Shown here: one piece after another, positions 45,157 to 50,570 of the stretch
Layout: the number at the start of each line of letters is the position of its first letter
Position numbering within the stretch: the first letter of the stretch is position 1
IMG/VR virus record: IMGVR_UViG_3300046737_000006
Coordinates: 1 to 50,570 of that record
Strand: one strand, 5' to 3'
Length of the DNA: 50,570 nucleotides
Source of the DNA: a virus
Lineage: Duplodnaviria > Caudoviricetes
The notes under the pieces: generated by a model
What the model saw: the letters and a program-made list of their open reading frames with translations, nothing else
Told to the model about the DNA's origin: nothing
Database searches by the model: none
Position numbers and translations under genes: made by a program

Positions 45157-45572
45157 GAAAAGCAACATTAGAAGACCTGCCTGCTATTATGAAGATGGCG
45201 GTATCTTTCATAGAAACAACTCACTATGTCAAGTACGCTGATCCTGAAGTATTAGCTAAACTAGTCTACGGTTTAATTATAGATACTAATAAGGTCATAC
45301 TAATCGATGAAAACAATCAGGGTTTTATTGCAGGTTTAATTACACCCTTTGTGTTTGGAACAGACTTAATCGCCAGTGAGTTCGGCTGGTGGGTAGAACC
45401 TGAAGCTAGAAAGACAGGGCTTGGACAGCAGCTTATGGAAGCTTTCCACACCTGGGCGAAAGAGAATGGTTGTAAGATGATTACATTAACAAGTTTAGAC
45501 GATGATGTAGGTAAGCTCTACGAGAAGGCTGGTTACAGCCTCTACGAGCGCGCTTACTTCAAGGAGATATAA
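45147..45572 (+). CDS. GNAT-family acetyltransferase-like protein
   Basis: IRKATLEDL; WWVEPEARKTGLGQQL; LYEKAGY. Confidence 0.85.
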   Translation: MDIRKATLEDLPAIMKMAVSFIETTHYVKYADPEVLAKLVYGLIIDTNKVILIDENNQGFIAGLITPFVFGTDLIASEFGWWVEPEARKTGLGQQLMEAFHTWAKENGCKMITLTSLDDDVGKLYEKAGYSLYERAYFKEI

Positions 45573-46087
45573 TGCCCGCTTTAACAACCATTGCAGCCGT
45601 CGTAGGAGGCGGCGCTTTAATAGGCGGCATTATTGGTGGTTCTGCTACTGCCAAGAAGCAAGCTGCAGAACAGAAGGCCATCGCTGCCGATCAGATGAAG
45701 ATCGAAGAGCAGAAACGAATGGCTATGGAATTAGATAGTAGACGGCGAGAATTAGAAGTCTTCCGAAGTGTTCAGCGAGCTAAATCAATCGCGCTAACGA
45801 ACGCAACCATGCAAGGTGCAGGAATGGGTTCTGGAGTCATAGGTGGTATGGCGCAGGCGACACAGTCTGGTAACGAGAACTTAGAGAGCATCGGTCAGAA
45901 CCTTACAATTGGTAGACAGATCAGCGACTTCAACAACGATATCTCACAACATAAGATGAACCTAGCTTCCCTCGGAGCAGACGCTTCTATGTATAGCGGT
46001 ATCACTCAGATTGGAAGTACGCTCTTAGGCAACGTGGGAACCATTGGTAAACTAACCAGTGGCTGGGGAAATACGAGTATAGGTTAA
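45572..46087 (+). CDS. Small internal virion protein (gp14-like)
   Basis: Gly/Ala-rich hydrophobic N-terminus plus coiled coil; synteny. Confidence 0.65.
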   Translation: MPALTTIAAVVGGGALIGGIIGGSATAKKQAAEQKAIAADQMKIEEQKRMAMELDSRRRELEVFRSVQRAKSIALTNATMQGAGMGSGVIGGMAQATQSGNENLESIGQNLTIGRQISDFNNDISQHKMNLASLGADASMYSGITQIGSTLLGNVGTIGKLTSGWGNTSIG

Positions 46088-49000
46088 TGGTAGACGAAAC
46101 ATCAGGCTTTACTTTAGCCCAGGCTCCAAACGCAACAGATGGTAACGAGGCGTTCGCATTGTCGACACCTCAAGCTATCCCTCAAGTCCCTGATCCTATT
46201 GCAACAGACCGCGCGCTGAAAGCCACACAAGGCTATCCTCAGCTAGGTCTGAATACAGAAGAGATCGTCAATAAGATTAGGAATGGTGGTGAAGCTGCAT
46301 TTAGATCAGAGCTAGCTGCCAACGTAGACTATCAGAATAGTCGTAAGGCTACTCAGGTCGTCTATAACTTATCTCAGAGCTTAGGTAGACCTTTAACTCT
46401 ACCTGAAGCCTTGATGACGCAGGACATCCTTAAGAAGAAACAAGCAGACCCTAATACTGTAATCGAAGAAGGTTACGCCGAGAAGTTCATGGAGAACTTA
46501 CGAGATCAGGCAATCAAGAACCCTGACTCAGATATCGGTAGAGCTTTCCAAGTTACTCCCACCCAAGTTGATAAAGACTTAACTACAGCCAAGGGATACT
46601 TCGCTAGTAGACAGTGGTGGCAGACACAGGTAGAGAACTCCGGTACTGCCTATAACAATCAATCAACCTTTGGTGCAGCCGTAGACTGGGCCAAGGGACT
46701 AACAGGCTTATATGAGTCAGCGAAGTTAAGAGGGCTTAACCCTAGTACTAGCGTACTGGGAGAAGGTGGTCTGGGGCAGAACCTGGAAGCACAAGCCCGC
46801 GCTTGGTTCCACTTGCCCACCGATGAGATGGTCAAGATAGCTGGTCCAATCATGGACAAGCTACGCGCAGACAATCCTCAGCTAGCTCAATACTATGCTA
46901 GCGCTATGCTAGAGCAGAGTCAAAGCGAACAACTCTTACACAGCGTCATGCCAGTCTTAGATGTAACCATAGCAGGCGACATCGCTAAAGGAGGCAAAGC
47001 TTTATATAACGGGATAAGAGGCATTGCAGTAACGCGTAAAGCTATTAAACAGGTCATGACTGATCTGAGTAAAGCTACTCCTGAGAATGCAGCTAACGCA
47101 GTAGGCGATGCTGCTGAAGCAGGTATTCAACAGGCGTCTGCATCTATCCTAACTAAATTACAAGGTATTCAAGGACCTGTTACAGAAGAACTTAAAAGCT
47201 TACAGAGCATCTACAACGCTGAGGTAGGTGGGATTACCGATCTACAAATCCCAAGAGCTAATAAAGAATTCATAGGGCCTATGCCTCTGTCTGCTACAGG
47301 ACGTAGCATTGGGCAAGAAGCTGTTAATCGAATCAACGAACAGTTGATTAAATATGGCGATAAAGTCTTCGCCGATATTGAGCAGGCTATGAAGATTGAT
47401 CAAGTCCCTGCTGCATTTGCAGTTCGGAATACAATTCAAAAGATCGTAGACGCTACCAAGCGTGACTATCCCGGCTGGGAGAACGCTATCCTTGATACGC
47501 GCTTTACCCACGATGGCTTAGGAAATCTACGGGCAGAGACTTACTTTGGTAAGAGCGGGACTGCGCTATTCGGGACAGAAGCAGAAGCTGCAGCGGCTGT
47601 TAGGGATGACTTCAATAAGCTTGGTGGTGCACGCATCGTCCAGACCGAAGGTCCTCCGCAAGCAATTAAGAAGACAGTCAAAGGTAAGCCAGGTCCAGAG
47701 CCAATTAAGACTGGTCCTGCAGAACCTCTAGAGAGAAGTCCTCACGATGTTTTCGTGGGTGAACTAGATGATCGCGAGTTAAGAGCGGCTACTACAGGCA
47801 GAGATGCTTATAATAAGCAAGTGCTCTACCCTGACCTTGGGCATACGATGGAGATCGATGATCGTATTCCAGGGGCTGTAGAACGAAGAGAAGCAGAAAC
47901 TAGAATTGAAATGAAAGGTGCAGGCTATGTAATAGTCCATAGTGCCCCAGTCGATGTGACTAGTCCTGAAATGCGTCTTGCTCTGTTGTCTACCAATGAT
48001 GTCAAGACACCCATGAGCACTATCAATGCCATGGGCGGATGGCTAGGCAGACTACGTACGCCAGAGGATACGCTCTCGCGCGAGCAGAACCTTGCCCGTA
48101 AGATTGCTACGTATGCTCCAGGCATCTTCAGAGAGAGCATGAAGGAAATCTCAAGGGAGATTGATAAAGAATTACCTAAGTGGAAGATTCCACTAATTAA
48201 GAAGAACCAAGTCTGGAACGATTGGAAGACCGTCCTAGACTACGCAATGACATTGCCTGATCCTGTAACAGGGAAGACGGGTACGTTGAGCTTCCGTTCG
48301 ACAGGTGAACTGGGTGATTTATATCTCCAGAAGCTTAACCGTGTCCCCAGTCCTGCGGAAGTCAGAGCAGCCTTCTTAGCCAAGTCCTTCAATGAATTCG
48401 AAGAGGCTTTCAATAAGATCAGAGAGTTCAACCGTCAGACGCGCTTAGGCGCAGAGACTTGGACCTTCAAGGTTGGTGATGTTGCACGGGAGACTAATCG
48501 TAATTTACCTGGTGGTGGCTCTTACCCCGATAAGAAGATTATAGCCAACGGCATCATTCAACATGAGTTTCCTTCAGAAGGCAATATCTTAGTCCTTGGT
48601 TTCAAGGAAGGTGATGAAGTCTTACATAAGGCACAGTCACTAAACGCTTCTAAGTACGGAGAGACTCTACGAGATGCAGTAGCCAAAGGACATGGAACTT
48701 TAGTCCGGCTTACCGATAAGACATCGTTCCCCATGTCTTCGCTATCCAAAGTAGGAGATCAGTTAGTAGAGTACGTCTATCAAGGCGTCTCTGAATCCGG
48801 GAGACCGATGGCTGAACGCGGACCTCTCAAATGGGATTTACTACGCACAGGACAAATTCCACGTTACGACTATGATCATTACGTAGTTCAACCTAATCTA
48901 CACCACGATCGCTTATCGCAGAGAGTTTCCTTCTTAGGAGACAGTACAATCGCTGCGTTCCAAATCCGGGCCATGAGCAAGGATGTGGCAATGAAGCTAA

Positions 49001-50570
49001 ATGAGATACGCAAGAAGCTTGCTGTAGACGATATCCAAGGTGCCAAAGACTTCCATGCTACCAGTGGTTTAGAACAACCCTGGGATGAAATCCATAGTTG
49101 GTTCCATTCAGATGTAACTCCTGAAGGTCTGCCTATTGGGCCTAAGTTAAATAAGTTCGAAGACATCATCTCCGTTCCTCACGGTAAGACTTCGCTCGAT
49201 ATGGGTAAAGACTTAGAGCGTAAGTATGGCGATAGATTCCAAGACGCAACTAAAGAATACTACGGACATCTTCTCGATGATCGACGTGATCCTTTCGATG
49301 TGTTCACGTATAAGAACGCAGGAAGTAAGGACAGTCCACTCTACCAGAAGACAGCCGTCAAATACATTGATCCTCTCACGACTCTGAATAGAGGAATGAG
49401 CAGGGCCATCAATGGTATGTATTTAGATACTTATAAACAAATGAGTGTCGAGCACTGGATACAGGAAGCTAAGGAATGGCTTACAGTTGACGACAAGGCT
49501 TTAGCGTCTGCTCCTGAGTATTGGTTCTATACTGCAGCCGCAGAGAACCATTGGAAGGCAGGTGCTCCGGAAGTTGTTAAGAGCAATCTAATCAACGCTA
49601 ACATGCAGATCAGACAGTTCCTAGGCATCCAAGACAAGATGGATACTTGGCTACATCAGACTGCGCAGACCATTGCAGACAGTATCTATGGCTATAAACC
49701 TGAGTGGGCTTTAGTCCCCAACTACCTATTACCGCGCTTGAGAGACCCCTTCGTTTTTGTGAGAGGCATGGCCTACCACACTAAGATGGGTCTATTCGCC
49801 ATACCACAGCTTCTAGTACAAGCCAGTACTTACGGTGCCATCTTCGGTATCGCAGGACCTGATAAAGCTAGTGCTGGAGCCAAGGCTGCTCTGTTCCATA
49901 TGTGGTCCAGAGTTAACAGCAGTCCAGAAATCTTAGATCATCTGGATAGCTTAGTCGCGGGAAACATTGTACCAGGTTCCAAATGGTTGCCCGGTCAATG
50001 GAAAGAAGCCAACAGTCTCTTCACCCGTAGTGGGCTGGAGCACGTAGGCAATGAACATATCTTCCGAGATAGTACAAACTACTACGATTTCTTCGGAAGC
50101 AAATTCCAAGGTTTCCTTGACGCCGGTACCTGGTTTTTCCGAGAGGGAGAACGTCAAGTACGGACAGGTGCATTCTACACGGCCTACCGTGAAGTGCGTG
50201 ACGAGTTGACACATACAGGTCCCCTCACAGCGGCGGAAGAACGAGCAGTTCTCAATCGCGCAGACTTGCTTACCATCAACATGAGTCGAGCTTCGGCTTC
50301 GATGATCCATAAGGGTGCTTTCTCTGTTCCTATGCAGTTCATGAGTTATACGTTACGTATGTCAGAACTGATCTGGGGACAACGTTTAACTAACGTAGAG
50401 AAGGCTAGACTATTCGCTACCTACTCAACTCTATACGGAGTTCCTGCAGCCTTCGGCTTATCAGGTCTTCCGCTAGGTGATGTGATCAATAAAACGGCAC
50501 AAGAGAACGGTTATGTTACTGGAAGCCCAGAGAATAGTTTCTTGAACATTGCTATTACAGAAGGTCTCCC
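46087..50570 (+). CDS. Large internal virion protein, N-terminal part (continues to 800)
   Basis: TAATG-coupled ATG; frame appears open to the window end, which explains its absence from the ORF track; joins the 24..800 ORF. Confidence 0.8.
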   Translation, partial: MVDETSGFTLAQAPNATDGNEAFALSTPQAIPQVPDPIATDRALKATQGYPQLGLNTEEIVNKIRNGGEAAFRSELAANVDYQNSRKATQVVYNLSQSLGRPLTLPEALMTQDILKKKQADPNTVIEEGYAEKFMENLRDQAIKNPDSDIGRAFQVTPTQVDKDLTTAKGYFASRQWWQTQVENSGTAYNNQSTFGAAVDWAKGLTGLYESAKLRGLNPSTSVLGEGGLGQNLEAQARAWFHLPTDEMVKIAGPIMDKLRADNPQLAQYYASAMLEQSQSEQLLHSVMPVLDVTIAGDIAKGGKALYNGIRGIAVTRKAIKQVMTDLSKATPENAANAVGDAAEAGIQQASASILTKLQGIQGPVTEELKSLQSIYNAEVGGITDLQIPRANKEFIGPMPLSATGRSIGQEAVNRINEQLIKYGDKVFADIEQAMKIDQVPAAFAVRNTIQKIVDATKRDYPGWENAILDTRFTHDGLGNLRAETYFGKSGTALFGTEAEAAAAVRDDFNKLGGARIVQTEGPPQAIKKTVKGKPGPEPIKTGPAEPLERSPHDVFVGELDDRELRAATTGRDAYNKQVLYPDLGHTMEIDDRIPGAVERREAETRIEMKGAGYVIVHSAPVDVTSPEMRLALLSTNDVKTPMSTINAMGGWLGRLRTPEDTLSREQNLARKIATYAPGIFRESMKEISREIDKELPKWKIPLIKKNQVWNDWKTVLDYAMTLPDPVTGKTGTLSFRSTGELGDLYLQKLNRVPSPAEVRAAFLAKSFNEFEEAFNKIREFNRQTRLGAETWTFKVGDVARETNRNLPGGGSYPDKKIIANGIIQHEFPSEGNILVLGFKEGDEVLHKAQSLNASKYGETLRDAVAKGHGTLVRLTDKTSFPMSSLSKVGDQLVEYVYQGVSESGRPMAERGPLKWDLLRTGQIPRYDYDHYVVQPNLHHDRLSQRVSFLGDSTIAAFQIRAMSKDVAMKLNEIRKKLAVDDIQGAKDFHATSGLEQPWDEIHSWFHSDVTPEGLPIGPKLNKFEDIISVPHGKTSLDMGKDLERKYGDRFQDATKEYYGHLLDDRRDPFDVFTYKNAGSKDSPLYQKTAVKYIDPLTTLNRGMSRAINGMYLDTYKQMSVEHWIQEAKEWLTVDDKALASAPEYWFYTAAAENHWKAGAPEVVKSNLINANMQIRQFLGIQDKMDTWLHQTAQTIADSIYGYKPEWALVPNYLLPRLRDPFVFVRGMAYHTKMGLFAIPQLLVQASTYGAIFGIAGPDKASAGAKAALFHMWSRVNSSPEILDHLDSLVAGNIVPGSKWLPGQWKEANSLFTRSGLEHVGNEHIFRDSTNYYDFFGSKFQGFLDAGTWFFREGERQVRTGAFYTAYREVRDELTHTGPLTAAEERAVLNRADLLTINMSRASASMIHKGAFSVPMQFMSYTLRMSELIWGQRLTNVEKARLFATYSTLYGVPAAFGLSGLPLGDVINKTAQENGYVTGSPENSFLNIAITEGL
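50519..50570. repeat. Terminal overlap, copy 2
   Basis: Matches 1..52 with one mismatch. Confidence 0.95.

Overview
This window is an apparently complete (~50.5 kb) genome of a lytic podovirus, circularly permuted by assembly: 1..52 and 50519..50570 are the same sequence with one mismatch. It has two convergent gene arms and no recognisable phage RNA polymerase, an architecture resembling SIO1/VpV262-like phages (Zobellviridae-like; inference). The minus arm (~29.7 kb down to 5.9 kb) carries early and replication genes: T7-like primase-helicase, family A DNA polymerase, SSB, PD-(D/E)XK exonuclease, endonuclease I, uracil-DNA glycosylase, a DUF5758-like protein, degenerate GATase-II-like and GGCT-like proteins, and tRNA-Leu(UAA). 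The plus arm (30.0 kb, across the junction, to 5.9 kb) carries terminase, portal, scaffold, major capsid, fibres, lysis genes, tail tube/nozzle, a GNAT protein and internal virion proteins. The standout feature is the amount of structured non-coding RNA on the minus strand. It includes a ~1.45 kb ORF-poor, helix-dense region between SSB and exonuclease (candidate giant ncRNA, family unassigned), an anti-Shine-Dalgarno-displaying hairpin upstream of it and a proline-rich micro-ORF downstream, a D-armless G3:U70 tRNA-like RNA resembling an isolated tmRNA tRNA-like domain, and several other intergenic structured elements. The host is possibly an alphaproteobacterium (weak inference). All protein calls come from motif recognition by eye, with no database searches.
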